Below are positions 19,136 to 28,766 of a stretch of 40,090 bases of DNA, in pieces. The stretch is from Candidatus Micrarchaeota archaeon (GTDB taxonomy: Archaea; B1Sed10-29). The translations under genes and the position numbers were made by a program. Position 1 is the first letter of the stretch, and each line of letters starts with the position of its first letter. The stretch lies in assembly GCA_964579265.1 (NCBI GenBank), contig CAZOFO010000006.1, positions 1 to 40,090 of the forward strand, given 5' to 3'. The notes beneath the pieces are model-generated. The model worked only from the letters and a program-made list of their open reading frames with translations. It was not told the origin of the DNA and made no database searches.

Positions 19136-20425
19136 ATGGTGATGAAAATCAAAAAACGACTCCTATTAACAATACCCATAATCTTTCTCTTGGCTGCAAC
19201 AATCGCTATATCTGGTTTTGGAAGAGGCAGAGTGATAAGCGGAACTGAAAGAGAACTATGGATAGAAGAATATTCAACTCTACCAGCAGACCCTGAAGTA
19301 GGATTCGAAAGCATAATCCTACAAGTAGATTTCAAACACACAGGAACCGCTACCTATAGAAACATGACATTCAGAGCTGAAGAACCACCACAACTTGAAT
19401 CAGTAAGAGAAGAATTCTACATCAGCAATATGAAACCAGACGACGTATTCACCACCAGCTACAAATTCAACGTGAAGGAAAATACAACCCCAGGAGTCTA
19501 CACCGTTCCAATACACATCGAATACACAGACATAGGATCGGATGAAGATAACAAAACAGCAAAGATTACAAGAGAAGCAAGAGTAAGAGTATCAGACGAA
19601 ACTGATATAGAAATAGTGAACGTGGAACAAGAAGAACCAGTACTACCAGGAGAAGAATTCAAAACCGAAGTAGAAGTAAAGAACATAGGCAACATGCCTT
19701 CAAACCTATTAAAAGTATCTATGGACACTCTAGCAGCTCAAGAAAGAACAGCAACAGAAGAAGAAATGATGGAAGAAGGTTACGAAGTAGGAATAGAAGA
19801 AGCAATACACTGGAAAAGACAGCACAAGACAATAGACTACCTACACCCAGGAGAAACACAGACAATAGAATTCACAGGAAAAACAAGCATATCAGCCGAC
19901 AATAAAATATATCCAGCAGTAGCAAGAGTAGAAGGAGGAGGACAAAGAGAAATAGAGAAAAACAAATTCACAGTCACAGTAGAAGGAGAACCAAGAGTAA
20001 TAGAAGGAGGATTATCAACAGCAGAAGAAGAACCAAGAGCAGGAGATAGAATATCAATCTCCATACAACTGGAAAACATAGGAGAAGGAGACGCCAGAGC
20101 AACCACCCTAAAACTAGAAGAAGGAAAATTCGAAGGAGATAGTAGATCACACATAGGAACCATAGACAAAGACGGAGGAACAGGAACAGCAGTCATGGAC
20201 CTAACCTTCACAGAACCAGGAGAACACGAAATAAAATACACAGTCACCTACGAAGACAAAACAGGAAAAGAATACACAGAAGAATTTACCGACACAGTTT
20301 ACATAGGTCCAGAAGAAGAAGACTATACAACCCTAATAATAGCAGCCATAGTAGCAATCATAGTAGCATTCCTAATCTACAGGAAGATTAAGAAATCCAA
20401 AGAAGCAAAAGAAGTAGAAGTATAA
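19136..20425 (+). CDS. COG1361/CARDB-like extracellular protein with C-terminal membrane anchor
   Basis: Signal peptide; repeated Ig-like units (PGEEFKTEVEVKNIG, AGDRISISIQLENIGEGDA); C-terminal TM helix plus basic tail. Confidence 0.8.
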   Translation: MVMKIKKRLLLTIPIIFLLAATIAISGFGRGRVISGTERELWIEEYSTLPADPEVGFESIILQVDFKHTGTATYRNMTFRAEEPPQLESVREEFYISNMKPDDVFTTSYKFNVKENTTPGVYTVPIHIEYTDIGSDEDNKTAKITREARVRVSDETDIEIVNVEQEEPVLPGEEFKTEVEVKNIGNMPSNLLKVSMDTLAAQERTATEEEMMEEGYEVGIEEAIHWKRQHKTIDYLHPGETQTIEFTGKTSISADNKIYPAVARVEGGGQREIEKNKFTVTVEGEPRVIEGGLSTAEEEPRAGDRISISIQLENIGEGDARATTLKLEEGKFEGDSRSHIGTIDKDGGTGTAVMDLTFTEPGEHEIKYTVTYEDKTGKEYTEEFTDTVYIGPEEEDYTTLIIAAIVAIIVAFLIYRKIKKSKEAKEVEV

Positions 20426-20497
20426 TCCCCAAAGACTTCTCAAGAGATAAACCTCTTAGAGACCTGGTACTAGTAAAGAGGTAGAAAAGGGAGAAAA

Positions 20498-21640
20498 ATG
20501 TATAAGATAGCCCTGAAGAACATTCTCCAGAACAGATCCAGATCCATACTGGCGATAATAGGTCTATCCATAGCTATAGTAGGACTGATCTCTCTAGTAT
20601 CTATAAGCGCAGGAATAACCCAAAGCGTGGAAGAAAGCTTCGAAGGCATGACAGGAATCATAGTACAGGAAGAAGACAAATTCGAGATGCAATCACGCTT
20701 AGACATGGAGAAGAAGAACGAAATAGAATCAGTAACAGGAGTTACAGTAGCATCCCCAATAGTAGAAGGATTAGTCACAAAAGTAGAAGGAGAAGAGCCG
20801 GAAGCACAAATGGGACCTATGCTAGGAGGATTTTTATACGGAATAGACCCATCCCAAGAGATGGAAAGGGCTGACGGAGGACCTTACAAAGAGAACCTGA
20901 AAAGAGGAAGCTTTCTGGACAGCAGAACAGGACACAACATATTGATATCGGAAGACATAGCAGATGAATATAATAAAAGAGTTGGAAGCAGGATAAGTGT
21001 CGACGGAGAGGACTTCACAGTAGTAGGGATATACGAAACAGGCACGGAGTTCCTGGACATGGCTTATGTAATACCGGTAGAAACAGCTAGAGATATGATG
21101 GGATTGGATGATGACGAGGTCGTGTACTTCCAGGTAGGAGTGGAGGATCCAGCAAGAGCGGAAGAAATATCGGACAGGATAGAGTTCCAGATAGATGACA
21201 TAGAAGCCTCTTCCATGGCGGAATTCCAAGAAGACATAGACGAAGTACTAGGGCAAATAAGAACCTTTTTCGTGGCAATTTCATTCATAGCAGTACTAGT
21301 AGGAGCAATAGGTATACTAAACACGATGCTGATGAGCGTGATGGAAAGAATGCAGGAATTTGGAGTTCTCAAAGCAATGGGATGGACAAAAAACAATATA
21401 ATAAAACTAGTATCACTAGAATCTCTCTACTTAGGAATAATAGGAGGACTCTTGGGAACAGTATTAGGAATAGGAGCAGCTATAGGGCTTGAAAAAACAG
21501 CATTACCTTTCCCAGTAGTGATAACACCAGAATTAATAGTAATAGCAATCGTATTATCAATAGTGCTCGGACTAATAGGAGGAATCTACCCAGCGTGGAA
21601 AGCCGCCAAACTGGACCCAGTGGAAGCCATAAGAGACTGA
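20498..21640 (+). CDS. MacB/FtsX-like ABC transporter permease
   Basis: RSILAIIGLSIAI, GILNTMLMSVMERMQEFGVLKAMG, YPAWKAAKLDPVEAIR. Confidence 0.93.
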   Translation: MYKIALKNILQNRSRSILAIIGLSIAIVGLISLVSISAGITQSVEESFEGMTGIIVQEEDKFEMQSRLDMEKKNEIESVTGVTVASPIVEGLVTKVEGEEPEAQMGPMLGGFLYGIDPSQEMERADGGPYKENLKRGSFLDSRTGHNILISEDIADEYNKRVGSRISVDGEDFTVVGIYETGTEFLDMAYVIPVETARDMMGLDDDEVVYFQVGVEDPARAEEISDRIEFQIDDIEASSMAEFQEDIDEVLGQIRTFFVAISFIAVLVGAIGILNTMLMSVMERMQEFGVLKAMGWTKNNIIKLVSLESLYLGIIGGLLGTVLGIGAAIGLEKTALPFPVVITPELIVIAIVLSIVLGLIGGIYPAWKAAKLDPVEAIRD

Positions 21641-21666
21641 TAAAAAAACAGAAAAAAGTGATAAAA

Positions 21667-22341
21667 ATGCTAGAAGGAAAAAACCTGCACAAATACTACA
21701 AGCTCGGAGAAACCACAGTAAAAGCACTCAGAGGAGTAGACGTAGAGATAAACGAAGGAGACTTCACCTTCGTAGTAGGACCAAGCGGATCAGGAAAAAC
21801 AACTCTATTGAATCTCCTAGGAGCACTAGACAAACCCACAAAAGGGAAAATACTCTTCCGAGGAAAAGAAATAAGTAAATTCACAGAATATCAACAATCC
21901 ATGTTCCGTAGGAAAAGAATAGGATTCATATTCCAATCATACCAATTAAAATCTAGCTTAACAGCATTGGAAAACATATTGGTACCCCTACAACCCGAAG
22001 GAGTCACACCCCAAGACAAGAAAAGAGGGATAGAACTACTGAAAGAAGTAGGATTAGGAGACAGAGTAAATCATACACCAACAGAACTATCTGGAGGAGA
22101 GATACAAAGAGTAACAGTAGCTAGAGCACTGATAAAACAACCAGATATGGTTCTAGCGGACGAACCTACAGGAGAACTAGACACCGAAACAGGAGCAAGG
22201 CTTTACAAAAGCATGAGAAAGATAAACAGAGAAGAGAAAAAACCATTCTTAATAGTCACACACGACACTGAGTACATAAAGCCGGACGACAAAGTACTGG
22301 AGCTGAAGGATGGAAAAGTAAAAGAAAGACGCGGATTATAA
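21667..22341 (+). CDS. LolD/MacB-like ABC ATP-binding protein
   Basis: GPSGSGKTT, LSGGEIQR, LADEPTGELD, VTHD; start at ATG after GTGA. Confidence 0.95.
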   Translation: MLEGKNLHKYYKLGETTVKALRGVDVEINEGDFTFVVGPSGSGKTTLLNLLGALDKPTKGKILFRGKEISKFTEYQQSMFRRKRIGFIFQSYQLKSSLTALENILVPLQPEGVTPQDKKRGIELLKEVGLGDRVNHTPTELSGGEIQRVTVARALIKQPDMVLADEPTGELDTETGARLYKSMRKINREEKKPFLIVTHDTEYIKPDDKVLELKDGKVKERRGL

Positions 22342-22351
22342 AGAAAAAATA

Positions 22352-22945
22352 CTACCTAGAAGTAAACTCACTATCCCCTAAATAAAACCTCATCGGCTCT
22401 TCTAGATCCTCGGAAACACCTATCCTCTTACTCCTACCAATCTCAAAGTCTTCAAAATCTTCATCAACAATAAAGAGATTTTCCTCAGTGCAGAAATTAG
22501 CTTTATTCAAATCTTTACCTATATCCAAGGCCTGAGTGAGCTTACCAGGACCCGAACACAATTCCTCTAAATCCCTACGTCCTCTATTATCTCTCATAAT
22601 ATCCACACCATCTTCAGGCTCAAGAGCTCTGAACAGGACTGCGCTGGGTTCACCTTCTCTCCCGGTAACCACATTGAGCATCCAGTGACCGTGAACCATA
22701 TAAACAAACACGGTTCCAGGCTCGCCCCACATCACCTCAGTCATATCAGTCTTACCATTCTGAGCAGCGCGGGAAGCAGGATCATCTCTACCAAAGTAAG
22801 CCTCAGTCTCTACCACGTAACCAGAAAGAACTTCACCATCAACCTCTCGAACCATCAATTTACCGAGGAGATCCTCAGCAACTTCATCAGGATCTCTAAG
22901 GTAAAAATCTTTTTCCAAAATCTCTTCATCTAAAATAAAAAACAC
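22352..22945 (-). CDS. mpg: 3-methyladenine DNA glycosylase (MPG/AAG family)
   Basis: LLGK, VETEAY, DPAS, SAVLFRALEP, SGPGKLTQAL, RIGVS; start codon uncertain. Confidence 0.92.
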   Translation of the reverse strand: MFFILDEEILEKDFYLRDPDEVAEDLLGKLMVREVDGEVLSGYVVETEAYFGRDDPASRAAQNGKTDMTEVMWGEPGTVFVYMVHGHWMLNVVTGREGEPSAVLFRALEPEDGVDIMRDNRGRRDLEELCSGPGKLTQALDIGKDLNKANFCTEENLFIVDEDFEDFEIGRSKRIGVSEDLEEPMRFYLGDSEFTSR

Positions 22946-23012
22946 CTACTGAATTACCAGATACTTTTATTTAGAGAAAACATATTATTTAACACCTAAA
23001 AAGAGTGGAAAA

Positions 23013-23768
23013 ATGAAAAAAGGAAAAAATGGAAAAATAGGAATCATCATAATACTGATCCTGACAATCATACTAATATCCTATCTTTTCATCTATATAG
23101 AAGAAACAGAGATCACTCCAAGAACAAGTATTGATGAAGCAGAAAAAGATAGAGAGACCCACGAACATATAGAAGTGGACCCACCTCAAATAAATGCAAC
23201 TAAACTAGAAAACCACACTCATCAACTAATAAACAAAGAAAGAGAACAAAAAGACCTGGAAGAATTAGATTGGAATTCAGAACTAGCATCAGTAGCTAGA
23301 AAACACAGCGAATACCTAGCCAACAGAGAAGAAAACCACGGCTATGACCATGAACAAGATATATACATAAACCACGAAGGTAGAGACGGAGAAAAACATA
23401 AACACAGACTGGAAAAAGCAGGGATACATTACTTTAGAAGATCAGCAGAAAATGTAGCAGGCATAGGATCAGTAAAAAGGATCAACGTAGAAACAAAAGA
23501 ACCAGTATCATACATGAATAATACAGAGATCGCTGAAGAATCCGTTGAAGGATGGATGGACAGCGAAGGTCATAGAAAAAACATCTTAGACCCAAATTTT
23601 ACTGAAGCAGGTATGGGAATAGTAACGGATCCAACCGAAACCAACTACATATTTACTCAAGTCTTCATAGAAAGAACTGAATGCGGATACCTAGGCGGAG
23701 AATGCTGTGAAGAAAGAGCTTGTTTTGAAGAACTCACCTGTATAGAGAACAAATGCGTGGAAGGATAA
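23013..23768 (+). CDS. Membrane-anchored CAP/SCP domain protein with Cys-rich tail
   Basis: INKER, VARKHSE, AENVA, WMDSEGHRKNIL, YIFTQVF. Confidence 0.88.
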   Translation: MKKGKNGKIGIIIILILTIILISYLFIYIEETEITPRTSIDEAEKDRETHEHIEVDPPQINATKLENHTHQLINKEREQKDLEELDWNSELASVARKHSEYLANREENHGYDHEQDIYINHEGRDGEKHKHRLEKAGIHYFRRSAENVAGIGSVKRINVETKEPVSYMNNTEIAEESVEGWMDSEGHRKNILDPNFTEAGMGIVTDPTETNYIFTQVFIERTECGYLGGECCEERACFEELTCIENKCVEG

Positions 23769-23835
23769 AATAAACTAGGTTCAGTTCATTTGAGTTCCAG
23801 TATCTTTATAAAAGTAGAGTGCCGTAATAAAAAAC

Positions 23836-24024
23836 ATGCCCAAGGACATAGAATTAAGTTACCCTGAAGCAGCAGATGCTGTTGATCAATACATTCAAGA
23901 AGATTTCTACAGATCAAAGTATCAATACGATAACGATCTAGAGCATTCTATAGGTAGTACTCTAAAACTTCTATCCGAGAAAAATTTATCAATTAATCCT
24001 CATGAATTCAAAAGCCCTCACTAG
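23836..24024 (+). CDS. Small hypothetical protein, possibly the 5' part of a frameshifted gene
   Basis: ATG about 20 nt after a TTTATAAA box (leaderless-like); a +1 frame continues to the trmB start. Confidence 0.4.
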   Translation: MPKDIELSYPEAADAVDQYIQEDFYRSKYQYDNDLEHSIGSTLKLLSEKNLSINPHEFKSPH

Positions 24025-24146
24025 GATCAATGAACTGGAGGCGGAGCCTCCAACATCTCACAGAGGGCTCTCTCTCGCTTTCTTTAGAACCGAACAAAAT
24101 TCAATACTAGTCAAACTCATATCTATTTTCAAGGAGGTGGATTCAG

Positions 24147-24524
24147 ATGTGTGAATGGGAAGAATTATCAAAACTAGGTTTACAGGAATATCAAGCCCGT
24201 TGCCTAGCCTGCCTGATAGAAAATGGAGATATGACAGCTCAAGAAGTATCTGAAAAATCAAAGGTACCTTATTCAAAAGTCTACTCCATATTGAAAGAAC
24301 TTGAAAATATGAATCTCTTGATATCTACCAAAGAAAGACCAAAAAGATACATCTCAAAGACCAAAGAAGAGATAATAGATTTTTTCATAGAAAGAAAAAG
24401 AAAAGAGTTTGAGAGAATAAGAAAACAAGGGAGAAAAGCCAAGCAAAAACTACAGTCAAAGAAGACAATAGGAAGCAAAGAATCCATCTACATCCAAAAA
24501 ACACTGACCAGCGAAGGCTTATAA
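24147..24524 (+). CDS. TrmB-family HTH regulator (DNA-binding domain only)
   Basis: LSKLGLQEYQAR, TAQEVSEKSKVPYSKVYSILKEL, RPKRY; GGAGGTG SD. Confidence 0.88.
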   Translation: MCEWEELSKLGLQEYQARCLACLIENGDMTAQEVSEKSKVPYSKVYSILKELENMNLLISTKERPKRYISKTKEEIIDFFIERKRKEFERIRKQGRKAKQKLQSKKTIGSKESIYIQKTLTSEGL

Positions 24525-24693
24525 AAACTAAAAAAAGATATAAACAACCATCTTAAACACAGCCACGGGTCGCTAATTCTCTCTCCTCCTACTAAAGAAC
24601 ACCTACAGAGATCAACCTCAAAGTATATAATTCTCTAATAACTTAAAAATAATCATCTCAAACGAATAGAGGAACACTTCATCTACCAAATAT

Positions 24694-24811
24694 GCCTCGG
24701 TAGCTCAGTGGTAGAGCACCTCCCTCGTAGAGCCCTTTGTAAAAGGACTTCACTCCAAAATAAAGGGTTTGAGAAAGGAGGATGCCGTGGGTTCAAATCC
24801 CATCCGAGGCT
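24694..24811 (+). tRNA. tRNA-Thr(CGT) with a 46-nt intron (24730-24775) at position 37/38
   Basis: GCCTCGG acceptor stem, CCTCC-CT-CGT-A^intron^A-GGAGG, GGTTCAAATCC; bulge-helix-bulge formed by CTCG/TGAG with 3-nt bulges. Confidence 0.95.
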
Positions 24812-24820
24812 TCAAGCTCT

Positions 24821-25168
24821 TTAACCAACTAGAATATGATCTTCTTTTGACCAGGGAGGCTTACTTATCACTAAGACCTTGAAGTCCCCGTGAGCCCTAT
24901 GCTCCACATCAGGAGAAATATAGATTAAATCTCCTTTATCCAGATTAATCTCCTCACCATCTAAAACCATCTGCCCTTTCCCTTCCACTACATAGTAGAT
25001 CTCTTCCATTTCTTCATGATAATGTAGATTAGCATCCCTTATTTCAGCTTCAGCTATTCCAATATCACCATCAGAAAATACTTCACGTATCTTTTCTCCT
25101 TCAGGTTCCTCTACTTCCCCCTCATCTGATCTGAAAACCTTATATCTCTTTGAACTTTCTTCTTCCAT
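24821..25168 (-). CDS. Cupin domain protein
   Basis: LHYHEEMEEIYYVVEGKG, GDLIYISPDVEHRA. Confidence 0.9.
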   Translation of the reverse strand: MEEESSKRYKVFRSDEGEVEEPEGEKIREVFSDGDIGIAEAEIRDANLHYHEEMEEIYYVVEGKGQMVLDGEEINLDKGDLIYISPDVEHRAHGDFKVLVISKPPWSKEDHILVG

Positions 25169-25281
25169 ATCAAATCACTTTAAATGAATTTACTTTAATA
25201 TCTTTATAATTACTCCACCTTTATAAAGGACGCGTGAACTAATGTAACTTACATATAGTAGTATTTAAGGAGGTGTTTATT

Positions 25282-25473
25282 TTGAAAGGAACGATAAAAT
25301 TTTTCCACGACAGAAAAAAATACGGATTCATAACTCCAGAAGACGAAGGAGAAGACGTATTTTTCCATGTCAGTGACCTAGACGTAGAATCCGTAGAAGA
25401 AGGCGACGAAGTAGAATTCGAAACCGAAGAAGGCGACAGAGGATTAAAAGCAGTAAACGTAGAAAAAGTATAA
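25282..25473 (+). CDS. csp: Cold-shock domain protein
   Basis: KGTIKFF, KYGFI (RNP1), DVFFHVS (RNP2); TTG start 6 nt after GGAGGTG. Confidence 0.95.
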   Translation: MKGTIKFFHDRKKYGFITPEDEGEDVFFHVSDLDVESVEEGDEVEFETEEGDRGLKAVNVEKV

Positions 25474-25681
25474 AAAGCTCAAGATCTTCTAGAGATCTCT
25501 TCTAAGGAAATATCAGTTGAAAACTATACTGAAAAATCTATTTTAATATCTTAATTCAATTTTTTTATATCTACTAATTCTCGACCAATACCAGTAAAAC
25601 CCATAGAGATAAAAATCTAGAAAAACCCTTTTACAAATGCATATAGAGTTTGGCAAATATGGAAAACAGGAGGGTAGAAAC

Positions 25682-26329
25682 ATGGTTCATTTCAAATGGC
25701 TAGGACAAGCTTGCTTTGAAATAAGGAACTCCAAAATAATTGTAACTGACCCACACGATGGAGAAGGAGTTGGTCTAGAAGAACCAGGAGTAAAAGGAGA
25801 CGTAGTGACCGTTTCACACGACCACTTTGACCATTCGGCGGGAGTAGACATTGTTAAAAAGAAGGATACAGAAGTAGTAAAAGAACCAGGATCAAGAAAC
25901 ATTGAAGGAATTAATGTAGAAGGTTTTGATAGCTATCATGATAAAGCAGAAGGATCAAAAAGAGGAAAAAACACAATCTATAAATTTGATCTAGAAGGAT
26001 TTAAAATAGTACACCTAGGAGACTTAGGACACTTGCTGAGTGAAGAAAAAGTCAATGAGATAAAACCAGTAGATATACTTCTGATTCCGGTGGGAGGAAA
26101 CTACACGATAGACGGAGAAGAAGCACTGGAAACAGTGAAACAGCTCGATCCAGAGATAACAATTCCAATGCACTACAAAGTACCCGGATTAACAGTGGAC
26201 ATATCAAGCGATGACGAATTCATACAAGCAGCAATGCAGGAAGGATACGTAGTAAGCAAAGAAGATACAGCAGAAATAGATGAACTACCGGAGAAGAAAA
26301 AAGTGATAAAAATACAGTGTAAGAGATAG
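25682..26329 (+). CDS. MBL-fold metallo-hydrolase
   Basis: WLGQACF, TDP, VSHDHFDH, HLGDLG, IPVGG, IPMHY; start reset to ATG 25682 after GGAGG. Confidence 0.9.
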   Translation: MVHFKWLGQACFEIRNSKIIVTDPHDGEGVGLEEPGVKGDVVTVSHDHFDHSAGVDIVKKKDTEVVKEPGSRNIEGINVEGFDSYHDKAEGSKRGKNTIYKFDLEGFKIVHLGDLGHLLSEEKVNEIKPVDILLIPVGGNYTIDGEEALETVKQLDPEITIPMHYKVPGLTVDISSDDEFIQAAMQEGYVVSKEDTAEIDELPEKKKVIKIQCKR

Positions 26330-26336
26330 ATGTTGA

Positions 26337-27071
26337 ATGATGGACCCCATAGAACTATCAAAGGAAACTAAAGAAAAAGTATGCAGAGACAAACAAGGTA
26401 AAAAAGAAAGAAAATACTACAGATTCAGAGACACAAAGTTCTACGGAGGAATAGCCACAGGAGACTGCGTCGGATGTAATCTGAGATGCCTATTCTGCTG
26501 GGCTTGGAACAAAACGAATAATCCTGAAAATTCAGGAAAATTCAAAGAACCAGGAGAAGTATCTGGAAAACTAATCAAGATAGCAGAAGAAAATAACTAC
26601 GATAAAGTACGAATAAGCGGTAATGAACCAACCATAGGAAAAGAACATCTTCTAAGAGTATTAACAGAACTACAGGAGACAAAATTAGATTTCATTCTTG
26701 AAACAAACGGATTATTACTCGGGGAGGATATAGGATACGTGGAAGAACTATCTGATTTTAAAAATTTTTTAAGAGCTAGAGTAAGTATAAAAGGATGCAG
26801 CCCCGAACAGTTCTCTAAATTAACTCAAGCAGACTCTAGAGGATTTAAACTTCAATTAAATTCTCTTAAAAATCTTTTGGATTATGAGATAGATTGTCAT
26901 CCAGCAGTAATGATATCTTTCTCCACCAGCAAAGAGGTAAATAGATTGAGGGAAAAATTAGCCGGGATAAATCCTTATTTCGTTAATTTCGAGCCTGAAA
27001 AAGTAAAGGATTACGGTGGAGCTATGGTGAGATTAAATAAAGCAGGTATAGAGACAAAAGAAGATCAATGA
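26337..27071 (+). CDS. Radical SAM protein (archaeal family, function unknown)
   Basis: CNLRCLFC motif, RISGNEPT, FILETNG. Confidence 0.9.
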   Translation: MMDPIELSKETKEKVCRDKQGKKERKYYRFRDTKFYGGIATGDCVGCNLRCLFCWAWNKTNNPENSGKFKEPGEVSGKLIKIAEENNYDKVRISGNEPTIGKEHLLRVLTELQETKLDFILETNGLLLGEDIGYVEELSDFKNFLRARVSIKGCSPEQFSKLTQADSRGFKLQLNSLKNLLDYEIDCHPAVMISFSTSKEVNRLREKLAGINPYFVNFEPEKVKDYGGAMVRLNKAGIETKEDQ

Positions 27072-27080
27072 TAGGATAGA

Positions 27081-28310
27081 TCACGGTGGCTTTACTACCG
27101 AGGTGAATAGTTCACTGGTTTTTAAGTATTTATCTGCAGTTTCCTTTATTTCCTCTAATTCTATCTCTTCGATTTTATTAATCTTCTCGTTTAGATAACT
27201 CAAGCAATTATAGAGATTAAAGTCATTGAGTTCAGATGCTTCAAATAGAACATCGTCTCTCATCATTTTTTCTTCTCCTTTTACATAGGACTTGAATTCT
27301 CTTAGCTTTTCTTCATCTAGATTTTCAGGTAAATTCTTTATTACTTTTTTCATGTTCTCTTCCACTTTTTCCCGTTTTTTAGGCTCGAAACTGGTTTCCA
27401 TTTCTATGGAACAAGCTTCTTCTTTTTCTCCAAGGAGAGAATGAACGTGGTAAACTAGGTTTTTATCCTTTCTGAGTTTTTTATACAGGAAACTTATATC
27501 CTCAGAGGATCCTAAAATTTCATTGAGCATTAAAATATTCCAATAATCTTTAGATTCAAATTTTCTCCCTGGTAGATGTATACCTGTACGTAGATAAGTT
27601 GAAGAACATTCCTTTTCTTCTAAAATATCTTCAGGATTTTCAATTAACTTTAGTTTTTTTCTTTCAGGTTCTTTTTTCTTTTTAAGATCTTTAGTTAGTT
27701 TTTCTATTTTATCCAGTGTTTCTTCTTTTTCTAAAGGACCTACTAAGGATATTGATGCATTATTAGGGTGGAAAATATCTTTGTATAGTTCCTTTACTTG
27801 TTGTTTTTCCAGTGATTTCACAGTTTCAGTTGTCCCAAGAATATCTAATAGGTAATTATTTTCGTACATTATCTTTTCAAGATTTTTCTCCACTATTTCT
27901 TCTTCATCATCTTTAAATTCAAGTATTTCAGCTTCTATTATCTCTTTTTCTTCCTTAAAGTATTTTAATTTGGATTTGAAAGCAATATCTATCATTGTAT
28001 TGATCAGTTTATCTTTATCTTCTTTGTTAACAGTTCCTTCAACCGTGGTGTCAAGGCTTGTGGTTCCCATGTTTATGTATCCTCCTCTTTTCGTGATTTC
28101 TTCTTCCGCCTCTCCTTTACCCGGATAGTTTTCAGATCCATTACCAAGCAGATGTTCTATAAGGTGCATGATCCCTCTATTATCTTCACTCTGATTCATA
28201 GATCCAGATTTCACCATTAGTTCGATTCCAACAACTTTTCTCTCGGGCCTTGGTTCGATTATGACTTCTAAGCCATTACTCAGTGTTTCTTTTTCGTATT
28301 CATATACCAT
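27081..28310 (-). CDS. M16 (pitrilysin-family) zinc peptidase
   Basis: LSNGLEV, GIMHLIEH (HxxEH), LYKKLRKDKNLVY. Confidence 0.9.
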   Translation of the reverse strand: MVYEYEKETLSNGLEVIIEPRPERKVVGIELMVKSGSMNQSEDNRGIMHLIEHLLGNGSENYPGKGEAEEEITKRGGYINMGTTSLDTTVEGTVNKEDKDKLINTMIDIAFKSKLKYFKEEKEIIEAEILEFKDDEEEIVEKNLEKIMYENNYLLDILGTTETVKSLEKQQVKELYKDIFHPNNASISLVGPLEKEETLDKIEKLTKDLKKKKEPERKKLKLIENPEDILEEKECSSTYLRTGIHLPGRKFESKDYWNILMLNEILGSSEDISFLYKKLRKDKNLVYHVHSLLGEKEEACSIEMETSFEPKKREKVEENMKKVIKNLPENLDEEKLREFKSYVKGEEKMMRDDVLFEASELNDFNLYNCLSYLNEKINKIEEIELEEIKETADKYLKTSELFTSVVKPP

Positions 28311-28505
28311 TCAAAAACCTCTGAAATAGATAAGTTGATCACTATATTTATTCTTAATAATAACTTTTTTACAAAAAGATTTAAAGGAAGAAGTATATTA
28401 AAATAAATGCTGGTTTGAGAGAGGAAGCGTAGGGATCGAGGAGAATCAGACTAGAAAATGCAAAAAGATTAAAAAGATAAGTCTTTAAAAAATAATGTGA
28501 TATCG

Positions 28506-28766
28506 ATGAATAAAAAGAAAAAAAGAAAATTTAAAGATAGAATAAAGTTCTCATCAGACAAAGGAGTTAAAAAAGCAGATAAAATAAATCCAAAAAAAGT
28601 AAAAAGAAAAATAAAAAGGAATACAGGAATCAATAATGTAGAGGATCTAACTTTAAAACAATTAAAAAAGCTATTAAATTCCGCAGAATGGAGTGAAAGA
28701 GAAAAATCATTTGTCAAAAAGGTATGGAAAAAAGGAAAAGAGAAAAAAAAGAAATCAGCAAGTTAA
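28506..28766 (+). CDS. Small, very basic hypothetical protein
   Basis: GTGA SD then ATG; Lys-rich; VEDLTLKQLKKLL segment. Confidence 0.6.
   Translation: MNKKKKRKFKDRIKFSSDKGVKKADKINPKKVKRKIKRNTGINNVEDLTLKQLKKLLNSAEWSEREKSFVKKVWKKGKEKKKKSAS

Noticed and set aside
28410..28440. TGAGA and GCGTAGGGA resemble parts of a TPP riboswitch
   Set aside because: Only 6 nt separate them, so the P4/P5 region is missing, and no thiamine gene is adjacent.
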